Shown here one piece after another: positions 12,561 to 25,399 of a stretch of 64,000 nucleotides of DNA. The DNA is from Octopus vulgaris (Eukaryota). Every line of letters starts with the position of its first letter. Position 1 is the first letter of the stretch. Made by a program: the position numbers and the translations under genes. The stretch is taken from the NCBI GenBank assembly GCA_951406725.2, contig OX597817.1:66836001-66900000 (forward strand), in the 5' to 3' direction. The notes below the pieces were generated by a model. It was not told the DNA's origin, searched no databases, and saw only the letters and a list, made by a program, of their open reading frames with translations.

Positions 12561-13910
12561 CAGGCTTCTTTCAATTTCCGTCTACTACATCCACTCACAA
12601 GATTTTGGTTAGTCTGGGGCTAAAGTAGATGACAACGAAGGTGACGGGCAGTGGAACTTGAGAAGCAACAATCACGTCTATATTAGTGTACACACACACA
12701 CACACAAGCATAATTACAGATTGGGGTTAAATATTTCGTATAGGACCCATTCGTACCTCAGTGTGAAATAATTTTTTTCCACAGGTTTCTTCGAGTGCAT
12801 TCAACGTAACTGACCTCCAAACCCATCGCAAGCCACTTTTCTTCGGTGGGGATTGTGGAGTTTTCCTGGAAACTCGGAGATTCCCACCAACTGAGTTTTG
12901 TTTCGCGTTTTTTTTTTCTTTTCTATGTTATTTCGCATGCTTTCAATGAATGTGACATTGAAATCATGCGTAAACGGCACCTTTCCCTAGAAAAGGAAAG
13001 ATTTGACTGCTATTTCTAGAAAAAAAACAAAAAAAAAAAAACACGCGAACGGGTCCTTTACGAAATATTAACCTTTTTTAAATGCAGCAGTTTTGATGAG
13101 GTTTACTAATTTAGATTCCTCTCAATCAGCTGTCTTATTTAAGTGCACCTAAAACAAAAATGATACAGAAATAAGGAAACCATACAGTTTAAAAGTTGTA
13201 TCTATGCGTTTATTTCCCATTTTTGAACACACTTTATAATTAATTTTTTGCGTCAACAGTTTTCTGTCATAATAGCTGAAAATGTAGCAAGGTACTGGTC
13301 CTTTTCAATGAACTTAACTGCATTTATTTGCTCAAGAATTGGATTAGCTACAGGGCGTTGGAATAGTTGAGAAAAAGGAGTGTTGATTTGAATGAAGATA
13401 AATATTATTCAACTACTACCGTGAGCGAATGATAGACACACACACAATGTTTAGTCGTTTAAGAGTTCATGAAAAATATATGCGCTGGCATATTTGTCAA
13501 TAGACAAGTATATTAACGAAAGTATACAGTATTATAAGATCTGTTTATAGGTTAATTTAAAGCAAGTTTATGAATAACAACAAAATATTCACTGACGAAA
13601 ATGTAGACTCAATATTTTTCACACACATACATCCATGTGTGTATGTGTGTGTGTGTATGTGTGTGTGTGTATGTGTGTGTGTGTATGTGTGTGTGTGTAT
13701 GTGTGTGTGTGTATGTGTGTGTGTGTGCATGCATGTCTGTATGTATGTACGTAAGCTAATGCGTACATACGAAGTTCGTATGTATGTATTAAGGTAAAAA
13801 ATTTACCTGTATTAGTTTAGTTACTTGGTTAGATCTGTTTCATTTCATTTGTCTTTACCTCACATCGCTAAATCATTTAAGAAAACCTTGAACGTTATGT
13901 TCATGCTTAC

Positions 13911-14100
13911 CTGTCATTCTTCCTTTCGAGATCTCCTTTACATACTAATTCCTACCCGCTGACGAGTATTGCTCATTACGAAATATGTAGAAATATAATA
14001 ATTGAATCTATAGTGGGTACTTAAGTGCATACACGGTGACTTGTACGTTTGATATAGTCTCGTGTGCGATCGATCTGGGTCACCTTTTCAGTCAAACTTC
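13911..14100 (-). other. Candidate non-coding 5'UTR exon / promoter-proximal region of the DENND3-like gene
   Basis: Strong donor CAG|gtaagc at 13910-13909 in unique, CpG-normal sequence. The ATG exon has an acceptor, so an upstream exon is required. A second candidate donor is AAG|gtaaca at 15501. The 5' boundary is a guess. Confidence 0.35.
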
Positions 14101-14396
14101 TGTTGTAAGAGGTAATTCCTAAAATAGTGAATGGTTGCTTCTAGGTTCTTCTCAACCCTCTATATCAGTGTTCCTCAAACATTTTGTAACCAATGGACCC
14201 CTTTGATTCCTATTTTACTAGGAACCAAAAGAGAAACATATAGAAGGAGACGTGATAGCCACGCCCGTATTGCTATCAGTACCCTAGGGAGCGTCCAAAC
14301 TGGCGTAGTGTTTACTAGGGAATGAGGATAGCCGGGAGTAAACGTCTGAGTGGGTACTTATTGATCTCGTCCTATTTGCAATACTTCTTCATGAAT

Positions 14397-14463
<67 letters not shown>

Positions 14464-14496
14464 CGCGTTGACGCATGCATATACATAGTAAATATT

Positions 14497-14719
14497 TGTT
14501 TCTTTATTACCCACAGGGGGCTAAACATAGAGAGGACAAACAAAGGGATCAAATCAATCACATCGACCCCAGTGTGTAACTGTTACTTATTTAATCGACC
14601 CTGAAAAGATGAAAGGCAAAGTCGACCTCGGAGGAATTTGAACTCGGAACGTAACGGCAGACGTATTACCTTTAAGCATTTCGCCCAGAGTGCTAACGTT
14701 TCTGCCAGCTCGCCGCCTT
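14497..14719 (-). mobile_element. tRNA-derived SINE monomer (tail A) with 15-bp TSD
   Basis: tacatagtaaatatt at 14482-14496 and 14720-14734 flanks the element. Confidence 0.9.
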
Positions 14720-14940
14720 TACATAGTAAATATTGCATACATAATCACATATACAGATGCAATGTATGTGTGCAATGTTTGTATATATGCACATACATAC
14801 AAACATTGAAATATATATATATTTTTTAATCACCTTACTTTGAAATTGTATGGATAATACCGTACTAAATTCTAGTGCTTCAACTTAAGTACCATATTCA
14901 TCTGAATCTAAATCTTTGCTGAACTCATCTACCATACCCA

Positions 14941-14991
<51 letters not shown>

Positions 14992-16626
14992 CACACACAT
15001 AAACTGTTAAGAGTAGATATTAGACCTTGATCTTAGCCATAAGACTGATATATATATATAGTCGGAATTTATAAAAAAAACAAACAATATATATATATAT
15101 ATATATATATAAATGTGTGTGTGTGTATGCATGTATGTATGAATATATATGTATGTATATATATAAATGTATATAAATATGTGCACCACACACGCATACA
15201 ATTGTATATACGTAGATGTGTGTGTGTAACAGAAAATACAAAATATAGATATATAGAAAGCAAATTGTACAGGTAAAAAGATTGGTTGACAAGGTGGGGT
15301 GAAAGGGGATAAAGAGGAGAGGGGCGGGAGCTGATTGAATCAGCGATTGAATGAAAGCAGCTCTAGTCTCTCACGGTACCTGTGTAACATTCGATACATA
15401 CCTGACTGACGTAGAAGGCAGTCACGTTTGCGGAATAATATTTACTTTAAGTACACCCAGGACTTTATATATATTTTAACATCAAAATTTGTATATGTTA
15501 CCTTTCTCCTTTATATGTAAAACTTTGTCCTTGTTTGGGTTTTTCTTCTATCATTGAGGTGAATTTTTGACAACCAGGTAATTCTGTTGTTGCTAGTGGT
15601 TGCTGTATTGATTAATCTCACATAGTAAAATTTGAAGTTAGGATCGGATTTTGTGGTTACCGTCGCTGCTGGCGATGATGGTGTTACGTAAAATCCCAAA
15701 TATTTACATGAAAAAGTTGGCTCAGCACAGACTATTAAGTGAAAAGAACTATCAAGACATACTTTTCAAATGATACGTGCTCTTATACGTACACACATAC
15801 ATATATATAATGCTCAGAACGAGGGAGTGATTGTGGTAGTTGTGGTGCTTGGTGATAGTGAATGTGTACAAACTACCTGAGTGTAAGTGTGTGCAAGCAT
15901 TTCTGGTTGTAAAAAAGAGACTATACAGACGTTCGAGTGATCCGAAACAACAACACTTACATAAAGCACTTATACTTTCATGTTTTTCCCGGTGAGGGCA
16001 ACGTTTGACACAAAATACGTTGTTGTAGACGAGAAAATCGGATGTGTGAAATTGATATTAAAAGGAAAGAATGAAAATACGAAAAATGAATAGTGACTTT
16101 TTTTCTGACAAAAGAACGAACTATATTAACTCAAAGTTCGAGGATGCCGGTCTAAAATATAATTGGGATACTTTGTTATACAATTAATACACTTGACACA
16201 ATATTTTCCCTTGTCGTGAAACATTCTGTGAGTGTGAATGTGTCTGTCTGTATGTATGTATGTATGAATGCATTGTACTCAGGATTGTTATGTAAATACA
16301 ATGTATTTTTTTATCTTATAGTACAGACTGTATATCTGAAAAGGATTAATTCTTATCTAAATTCTATTATATTTTTGTTTTTATTGACAGGCATCACACC
16401 CATACATACGCACACATTTAAAGTTATGATGGTTGTGTTTGTATTTCCACTTACAAAATAAATCTCCGGGCAAATTGAAAAGAATCCACTGTATCAAATA
16501 GAGTAGTGTTATGGTATATATTTGCCCAGGCTTCTTTCATACCCTATTACACAATTTGAAGCCCAGAGGCAATCTCCAGACAAAGGTGGTTAGTGGTGTG
16601 AACTCCGGTTCATGTCTGACTGTCTA

Positions 16627-19028
16627 CAATAATTCCTTGCTTATCGTGGGTGTTAAGTTCCAGAAACCCCTCGCGGTTGGTGAAAATTCGCAAAGTAGAA
16701 ACAATACTGTGTTGTAGGTTTTTTAAAGTTATTTTTATAATTTGTATATATTTATTTTATTATTCTTTTATATTTAAGCAGCAAAAGTAAAGAATATGCA
16801 CACCCGGTGTTTAGGGTTAGGGCTTTTGTTACGCCGAAAACGGGTAGTGTGTGTATTCTTTACCCTTGCAATTTAAGCCTTTATAAACTCTCTGCACGCC
16901 CTTAAAAGTACCTGTGTCTTTTTTTTTTTGTGGTTGAGGAACATAGTGATGGGCAGTTACTGGTGCTGCCTTTTCTTCTGTGCAAAGAGTTTTATATAAA
17001 CTTCCATGGCTCCGTTGATTGCATTTCTGAATTGCAACGCTTGCATCATCTGGGGTTTCCAATCTTCCGTCATTCTCTGGTCTAAAAACTATACTGCTAT
17101 ATTGAAGTGAGCGTTATAACAATTCGACAGTAAGGATTACAACATTGGAGTTGTCTAGAGTTGAGAGGCATTCTAGTGATAGGCCAACTCCTTCTTCCCC
17201 TGAATTCTCTTGTTCTTCTTTCTCACTTGTTCGACTTCGCCATCTCTGTCAGATCTTCATCCGTTAACGGATCTGAGTGGGCTTTGAACAAATAATTAAC
17301 GTCCCAGGTAGTCGGTGAAGCCATCTCCTAGCAATTTTGTCAGCTTCACTGCCTTATCTACATCAGAGTGGTAGATTTCGTCAGGAGAAAATCCTTTATA
17401 ACCTGGCCATAATTTCTTCCAGCTGGCATTCAAAGTCCCGTTGCTTCATCTCCTTTATAGCCTTCTGAATATTTTGGAGACACGTTGCATTGGTGTATCC
17501 ACGCCAGTACGCCTTCAGCGAGAAGTTGTCATCCGAGTCCATAACCTCGACCAGGTGTTGCAAGGAGTTTCGCGTACAGAGCTCCTTTAAAGTACGAATA
17601 ACGTCTTGATCCATGGGCTGGATCAGCGATGTGGTATTATGCGGTAAGAATTCGATTTGTACGCCCTCATACGACAGGTCGAGCGCATGACCTCCAACAT
17701 TGTCCATTAAGAGAAGCACTTTGAATTCCAGTCCTTTTTCGGCGCGATGAACCTTGACTTCGGGGATGAAACACTGGTGAAACCAATCTGATGTCAGTGG
17801 TTTCGTTATCCATGCCTTCCGGTTGTGCATCCAATGCACTGGCAGCAGATTCTTATTTTTGTTTTTGAGGGCCCTTGACTTTTTGGACTTATAAATAAAC
17901 CCTCGCTTAATAATAAAGCCCGCAGCATTTCCACACATTATAATTATGACTCGATCTTTGTACGCCTTATTCCAGGGGCTCTGGTCTCCTCCTTCATAGT
18001 GAAAGTCTACGATGGCATCCGTTTCCAAAAGAGATCAGTCTCAATCATATTGAAAAATTGTTCACGCGAATATCCTACTTCTTTGACGATAGTCTTGAAC
18101 GTCTCGTTCGCGTACTCTTCAGCGGCGGGTTTCTCAGCAGAGGCAGCTTCTCCATGCAGGGAAACATTCTTAAGGTTGAATCTCCTTTGAAATTTATCAA
18201 ACCAGCCCTTGCTGAATTTAAATTCGGTTGACCTTCTCACAGATGGTATTAGTATCCAATGCAATGTTCTTCCTGCAGTCACTGATCCAAAGGGTTAATG
18301 CAGACTCCGTCCTTATGATGGCCTTATTGCGGAGAGTTACCACCCTTTTTGCTGTCTCGTTAAATGTCACTTTTGCCGCTGCCCTTATATATTGTTCATC
18401 CTTCTTGATGTAGCGAACGGTAGATTCATTGATGCCGTAATGGCGGCCTTCATCTGCATACCTTCTCCCTTCCTTAAGCATGTCGAGGAGACTCACCTTC
18501 TCTGCTATAGTAAGCATCTTCCACTGGCGCTTGGGTTCACTGCGGGAAGCCTTAGAAGGTGCAGAACGTTTGGATCACATCGTATGGCTTGAAATAAATT
18601 CACAATTTTTCACACAAATGCAAAACAACACTACACACTCACCTCCCGAGTTACGTTTTCCATACAGTATGTGCGACTCTTTGTTTAGTCATCTACGGTA
18701 CACTACATATTTTCTTTTGATATATTTTAATTAATGTGTTATACAGTGAAGTACTTTACTGTCTTTTCATTCACACTCACAGAATGTTTCACGACAAGGG
18801 AAAATATTGTGTCAAATGTATTAATTTATTAATTTTTAGGCGTGAAAATGATTATTTTACCACAAAAATAATTGAAATCTAAAAAAAAAAAATAATAAAT
18901 ACCGATTGGCTGCAGAAACCCGCAATATACTGAGGAGTCTGCGATATAAATTTACATGTATTAGCCTGAAAAATCCGCGATGTACTGAGGGTGCGATAGA
19001 TGAACCGCAATATGGCGAGTGATTACTA
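16627..19028 (-). mobile_element. Tigger/pogo (TIGD1-like) DNA transposon, near full length, decayed
   Basis: Frameshifted ORFs give a CENP-B-type HTH (MLTIAEKVSLLDML), FSKGWFDKFQRR and a DDE_1 region (NKAYKDR, LLLMDN, NTTSLIQPMDQ). Degenerate ~23-bp TIRs with TA flanks. Confidence 0.92.
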
Positions 19029-19323
19029 TATATGAATGCTATGTTACATTTTCTCATCTCAGTCGGTGATTTTGAGTTGTCATGAACAAACTGCAGCCCG
19101 CAAGGCTTTTTGAATGACACGCCTAACGAAAAAACTATTTTTTTTAGTAGTGCGACCCCCACCTGATGTGGGGGTCGCACTACTTATCACATGTGGCTCG
19201 CTTCTCGATAAAGGTTGCCCATGCCTGTTTTAGAGTTTATTTTGGCCAGTTCGGTGGCAAGGTTGTAAAGAAAAAGAAGTCTCGCTCATTTCATCATTCT
19301 TTGTTCACTTACTCATCCATTTA

Positions 19324-19413
<90 letters not shown>

Positions 19414-19859
19414 GGTGAGGGTGAGAGAGAGAGAGAAAGAGCGAGAGAGAGAGGGAGGGAGAGAGAAATAATACATTTCTAAATATCTCAGAGAGATATA
19501 TGCAGTAGTGGTACCATAGAGTAGTGTATGCTGTCAACTTAATGTGATAGTCCCATGAAGGGAATCACACTACTGTTATTTAGCCCTAGAAAGCAGCAAC
19601 GCTTGGAGAGTGGAGGACCATTGCCTGCTTAAGTTTGTGATTCCGCTGGCTTTTGTGTCATCATTTAGGACTTAGCCAGAGAGATGAGATTATGAAAAGG
19701 TGACAATTGTCCTGTAGTAATCAATGATTTAGATGTGGCTGCAATAGTAAAACAAGCATCTCTGGAAAACACGCTCTAGCATCCATTTTCGAAGACTACG
19801 AGGTATTCTCATCTCGTGGCCTATCGGGAGCGAGTGGCAGTGTAGCAATGCTACTCCGG

Positions 19860-21325
19860 AAATGTTTAGATCTCCAAGTATGAGCTATCTTCCTGGACCT
19901 GGATGGTATGGTCGTGATCCCGAGCAGGTCTATCAACGACAAATTCTACCTTATGCGATACATTGTAGAGAGAAAGCTGGGACTAAGGCTGGTTTCGGTG
20001 GGGGCCTGATCAATTTAGATCAGTCGAAAGCTTTCGATAGGGTCAACCATCGCTACTTGAAAGCCGTCCTTAAAGCGTCCGGTTTCGGACCCGTTTTCAG
20101 ATGCTTGATTACTGTATTGCACAGCGGTACCTGCTTGGTAGTTAAAGAAAATGGCCACCTATTGGAACCGTTTAGTATCGCACGTTCGGTCTGATAGGGC
20201 TGCTCGCTGTCACATTTTATATATGTGCTGGCTCCCGAGCTACTTCTGCAGAAGTTGGAACAGTTAAGAAGCCTCCCTTTTGAAATTTGACTCGGGAGGG
20301 CAGTTTCGACGTACGCGGACGACGTCACCGTCAGGGTGTCGGACGCCTCCAAAGTGGAAACAGTCTGCTCTATTGTAAGGAAATATGAGTCGGTTGCAGA
20401 GGCCAAAATCAATGCTGACAAGTTGGTGGGATTGGTGACTGGGCACCAGGAGAGGCAGATCGATGCCGTCGGACACTGGACTGACGGACCAGTTAAACTG
20501 CTCGGGGTCTGGTTTGGTCTCGACCACAATGTGATTAAGAATTGGGAAGAAGTGACGAACAAAGTGGCTTGTCTTACCCAAAAAATGGGCAGAGAGGAAA
20601 ATGTTCTTGAAAAATCGGGCAGCGGTGGCGACTGCCTACATCGCTTCTATCATTATTTATTGTCTGACCATCGTACCTTGCCCCAATTACTGCGTAATTA
20701 GATTGGGGCGTATCCTGCTTATTTTCTTGTAGAAGGGACGCATTCCAATGGTCAGGCGGTCGGTCTGTTGCTGGCTCCCTCTGCGTGGCGGCTTAGGCAT
20801 GCTATGGCTTTTGATTTGCAGACACGCACTCAGGTTGCGTCACCTGCAACGATTTCTAAAAGGTGAAACGGGTGTGAGTTCCGTTTGTGAAACACACCTT
20901 TCCGCAGCTTGTCTTCTTGACGGAGCTGCTGTCCTGAGTAAAAGATAGGCCGAGACTGGGCGCTTGGCTCTTAGCATGTCGTCAGGCGCTCACTGTCCTC
21001 AACAAGTTGGGCAATAGGATCAGTGGATGTTTCACTTTAGTTATATACAGAAGATTAGTAGCGTGCAAGTGCAACAACGTCCTCGGAGTGACCCTAGGCG
21101 TCGACGAAGACGAACTGGCAAGTCTATTCCGGAGGACTTTCCGATCAGGGACTAGTAAAGATAATTTCCAGATGTCTTTGGCTTGGCAGTGCTATCGGGG
21201 GGCGCTACCGGTTCAAGATAAACTCTACAATCACAAATGTGCTGTCAGATGGGCTTGTTCGAAGTGCTCACAGAGTGACGAAACTATTTTGCATGCACTC
21301 GTTCGGCGTCCGGGCATTGCTAATT
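19860..21325 (+). mobile_element. L1/Tx1-clade LINE ORF2 fragment (RT and C-terminal zinc finger), pseudogenised
   Basis: DQSKAFDRVNH and YADD (tacgcggacgac at ~20312), LPLRGGLG, ALPVQDKL, CSKCSQSDETILH. Multiple stops and frameshifts. Confidence 0.88.
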
Positions 21326-21473
21326 TAACAAAAACATCTTTAAATGATTATTCTGGAGCATATTCAACATCTACTTCAATTTCTGCTTGTCGTTTTGTTT
21401 AGATTGGCGTTTTGTTTAAATTTTTGTTGAATAAAATTTATTGAAAAAAAGCTGCAATACCCTAATACTATTA

Positions 21474-22190
21474 AGGCGGCGAGCTGGCAGAAACGTTAGC
21501 ACGCCGGGCGAAATGCTTAGCCGTATTTCGTCTGCTGATACGTTCTGAGTTCAAATTCCACCGAGGTCGCCTTTGCCTTTCATCCTTTCGGGGTCGAAAA
21601 ATTAAGTACCAGTTACGCACTGGAGTCGATGTAATCGACTTAATCTGTTTGTCTGTCCTTGTTTGTCCCCTCTGTGTTTAGCCCCTTGTGGGTAGTAAAG
21701 AAATAGGTATTTCGTCTGCCGCTACGTTCTGAGTTCAAATTCCGCCGAGGTCGACTTTGCCTTTCATCCTTTCGGGGTCGATTAAATAAGTACCAGTTAC
21801 GCACTGGGGTCGATGTAATCCGTTTTGTCCTCTCTGTGTTTAGCCCCTTGTGGGGAGTAAAGAAATAGGTATTTCGTCTGTCTTTACGTTCTGAGTTCAA
21901 ATTCCACCGAAGTCGACTTTGCCTTTCATCTTTTCGGGGTCGAAAAATTAAGTACCAGTTGCATATTGCGGTCGATCTAATCGATGGCTTCTTCCCCAAA
22001 GATTTCAGGCCTTGTGCCAAGAGTAGAAAAGAAAATGCTTAGCGGCTTTTCATTCGTTTTTACGTTCTAAGTTCAAATGCTGTCGGAGTCGGCTTCGCAT
22101 TTCATCTTATCAAGGATCAATAAAATAATTACCAGTTGAGTACTGGGATCGATGTAACCTACTTCCCAAAAATTGGTGACCTTGAGCAAA
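21474..22190 (+). mobile_element. SINE multimer: head, two tail-A units and a tail-B unit, followed by an older SINE fragment
   Basis: Units rejoin at AAATA|GGTATTTCGTC (21706 and 21868). The third unit ends in the cccc aaa..tttcaggccttgtgcc tail. Confidence 0.88.
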
Positions 22191-22621
22191 AATTTTATTA
22201 TAATTATTATAATTTTTATTGTATGTGAATTAATGTTATATGACATTCTGCGTGGTTTGCGTGAGAAAAAGTGAAAATTTGCGGGCGGCTTTGATTTTTG
22301 TTTTTCTGTGTCAAAACGAATTGAAGTCACAAGAAAAAAGTGCATAATTTGTGTGTGTGTGTGTGTGTGTGTGCGTGCGTGCGAGAGAGAGAGTGAGAGA
22401 GAGAGGGTGAGAAAGAGAGAGAGTGAAGTAGACAGAGAGTCAGAGAATGAGGGGCAGGTGATTTGTATTAGGTATGTTTTTCTATACGTGTGTTTGTGTG
22501 TGTGACAAATGATAATGTGACTATGTGTGTGTGAATATTTGTATTGCGTGACGAAGAAAGTTGAATGTACGCGAGAGAAAGAAACAGAACGACAGCCTGA
22601 GAAAGTGGGTAAAGTGTGTGT

Positions 22622-22652
<31 letters not shown>

Positions 22653-22841
22653 CGTGTGTGCGCGTGTGTGTGTGTATGTTAGCGTGTGTGTGTGTATGTT
22701 AAGTAGTATAAATATAAGCATATACGTACATGCCTATATTTGAATGTTTGTGCGTGTGTGACGGAAAGCAACATTTCAAAGTCTTTCCACCATTGAGGTG
22801 TCTTACACGAATGCGCGCTCGCATGTGTACATATACATGTA

Positions 22842-22884
<43 letters not shown>

Positions 22885-22886
<2 letters not shown>

Positions 22887-23249
22887 TCTTTACTCTTTTA
22901 CTTGTTTCAGTAATTTTACTGCGGCCATGCTAGAGCACCGCCTTTAGTCGAGCAAGTACCAGGACTTATTCTTTGTAAGCCTAGTACTTGACGAACCGCT
23001 AAGTTGGTTCTAAAGCGATGTTGGGGGAACAAACACAGACATAAACACACACACACACACGCACACACGCACACACGCACACACGCACACACAGGCTTCT
23101 TTCAGTTTCCGTCTACCAAATCCACTGACAAGACTTTGGTCGGCCCGAGACTTTAGTAGAAGTTACTTGCCTAAAGTACCATGCAGTGGGACTGAACCCG
23201 GAACCATGTGGTTGGTAAGCAAGCCACTTACCACACAGCCACTCCTGCA

Positions 23250-23252
<3 letters not shown>
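22885..23252 (-). mobile_element. Second tRNA-derived SINE family, inserted in (TA)n
   Basis: Head ggtgcaggagtggctgtgtggtaag...gggttcagtcc. Other copies at about 8660-8750, 34808-35120 and 52110-52400. Confidence 0.8.
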
Positions 23253-23301
<49 letters not shown>

Positions 23302-23327
23302 CATACATACATACATACATACATACA

Positions 23328-23363
<36 letters not shown>

Positions 23364-23604
23364 TATATAGGCATACTTATACATGTGTACTCCCAACCGA
23401 CTTTGTTTCCTCATAATCGAAGAATGATTTTTTTTTAATGAAATTTTCTGCAAATACCTTTCATTGTGCGTAGGCTCACAATTACACCGGAATTCGATAG
23501 AAAAAAATTGGTGCTCTCGTACACAATACATTCTGGCCATGGATTTTTCGAAGGAAGGGCACGAGGTCAGAAGGGAATACAATTTCCGGAGAAAATAGCG
23601 TAAA

Positions 23605-23908
23605 GCACAGCTCCCATGACATTCGGAAACATTTTTTCACGCTAAGAGTTGCTGAAGCATGGAAGAAACTGCCGGCATCAGTTGTTAGTTGTCGGAGCAC
23701 TGCATCCTTCAAAACTTCCATGCTTCCTGAGATTCGCCAGCACTACACCTGATTTTCTCCCCTCCATACACACGCAAGCATGTACCTGACTCGTACACTG
23801 TTCACTTTCCAGACATTTGTACATTACTGCATATGCTTTATACGCACTTTTGACAAATTGTGGTGCACCTGAGCACTGTATACAATAATTTCATTACTTA
23901 TATTATTT
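23605..23908 (+). mobile_element. CR1/L2-like LINE 3' end
   Basis: KHSSHDIRKHFFTLRVAEAWKKLPASVV...SFK, a typical CR1 ORF2 C-terminus, followed by a 3'UTR and a (TTA)-like tail. Confidence 0.75.
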
Positions 23909-24445
23909 AGAAGGGTGCACTTCTTTTGTTGGGGTGGAGAGGGGGACATGACCCTCAGGCCCCTATCCTTGGGTCCGTCCATGCTGGCACACATCACATA
24001 TAACTACAAAATGAAACTTGAAATATCGGAAACAAAATTGTGATGTATGTTAATATGTATGTATACGAGATCACCAATTTTCTTATTTTCATATTAATTA
24101 ACAATATAATCGTAATCTACACACTCTAAAAGGTATTTGCAGAAAATTTAATCTGAAAGATATCCATTTCTTTTTAGAAAGATATGAGTAAACAAAACCG
24201 ACTAGAGTGAATTCTCCGAAACTCTTCACTCTACCCTCGGGAAATTGCTTTTTTCACTGCAAATTCCGTATTCTACATAACCGTATTCTACATCATCTAA
24301 AGCATATTTATAGAAAAATATAAAATTTTTTTTCTGGAAGTTATAAAGAAACAAAGTCGGTGGAGTCGAAACAATGTCGGGGAGCCTCATGGGTGCACAG
24401 AAAAAGGCGGGGGAGGATCCTTTTCTCTTCATCCTCCCCCTCCCT

Positions 24446-24524
24446 CTTCTTCTTCTTCTTCTTCTTCTTCTTCTTCTTCTTCTTCTTCTTCTTCTTCTTC
24501 TTCTTCTTCTTCTTCTTCTTCTTC
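24446..24524 (+). repeat. (TTC)n microsatellite
   Basis: Perfect trinucleotide run. Confidence 0.95.
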
Positions 24525-24525
24525 A

Positions 24526-24925
24526 GGTGTCGAGCTGGCAGAATCGTTAGCACACCAGGCGAAATGCTTAGCGATATTTCGTCCGCCGCTGCGTTCTTAG
24601 TTCAAATTCCGCCGAGGTCGACTTTGCCTTTCATCCTTTCGGAGTTGATAAATTAAGTACCAGTTACGCACTGGGGTCGATGTAATCGACTTAATCCCTT
24701 TGTCTGTCCTTGTTTGTCCATTCTGTGTTTAGCCCCTTGTGGGTAGTAAAGAAATAGGTATTTCGTCTGTCTCTTACGTTCCGAGTTCAAATTCCGCCCA
24801 GGTTGAATTTGCCTTTCATCTTTTCGGGATCGATGAATTAAGTACCAGTTGCGTACTGGAGTCGATCTAATCGACTGCCCCCTCCCACGAATTTCCAGGC
24901 CTTGTGCCTGCCTATAGTAGAAAGA
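24526..24925 (+). mobile_element. SINE dimer (tail A + tail B)
   Basis: Junction AAATA|GGTATTTCGTC at 24757. Confidence 0.85.
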
Positions 24926-25109
24926 ATTATAATTATTATTTATTTCTTACCCTAATTATATCTTGACCTGTTTTGGTTTTAACTTTCTATATGGCCTGTC
25001 CGTCTTTTCACAATTTTATTTTTATTTCATTTTGATCTTTGTTTTTATAACACTTCCAATCAGTTAAGATCAGAAGCCACGAGAGCCACTGCCTGGTACT
25101 GCATCAGGA

Positions 25110-25188
<79 letters not shown>

Positions 25189-25399
25189 GTTGTTGTTGTT
25201 GTTGTTATCATAATTAAGGCAGTAAGGTGGCAGAATTAGCATGCCAGGCAAAATGCTTAACGGCATTTCATCTGTCTTTACGTTCCGAGTTCGAATTCCG
25301 CCGAGTTGGACTTTGCCTTTCATCCTGTCGGAGTCGATAAAATAAGTATCAGCTGAGTACTGGAGTAGGTTGTTTATTTACAGAATAATTTAGTTAACT

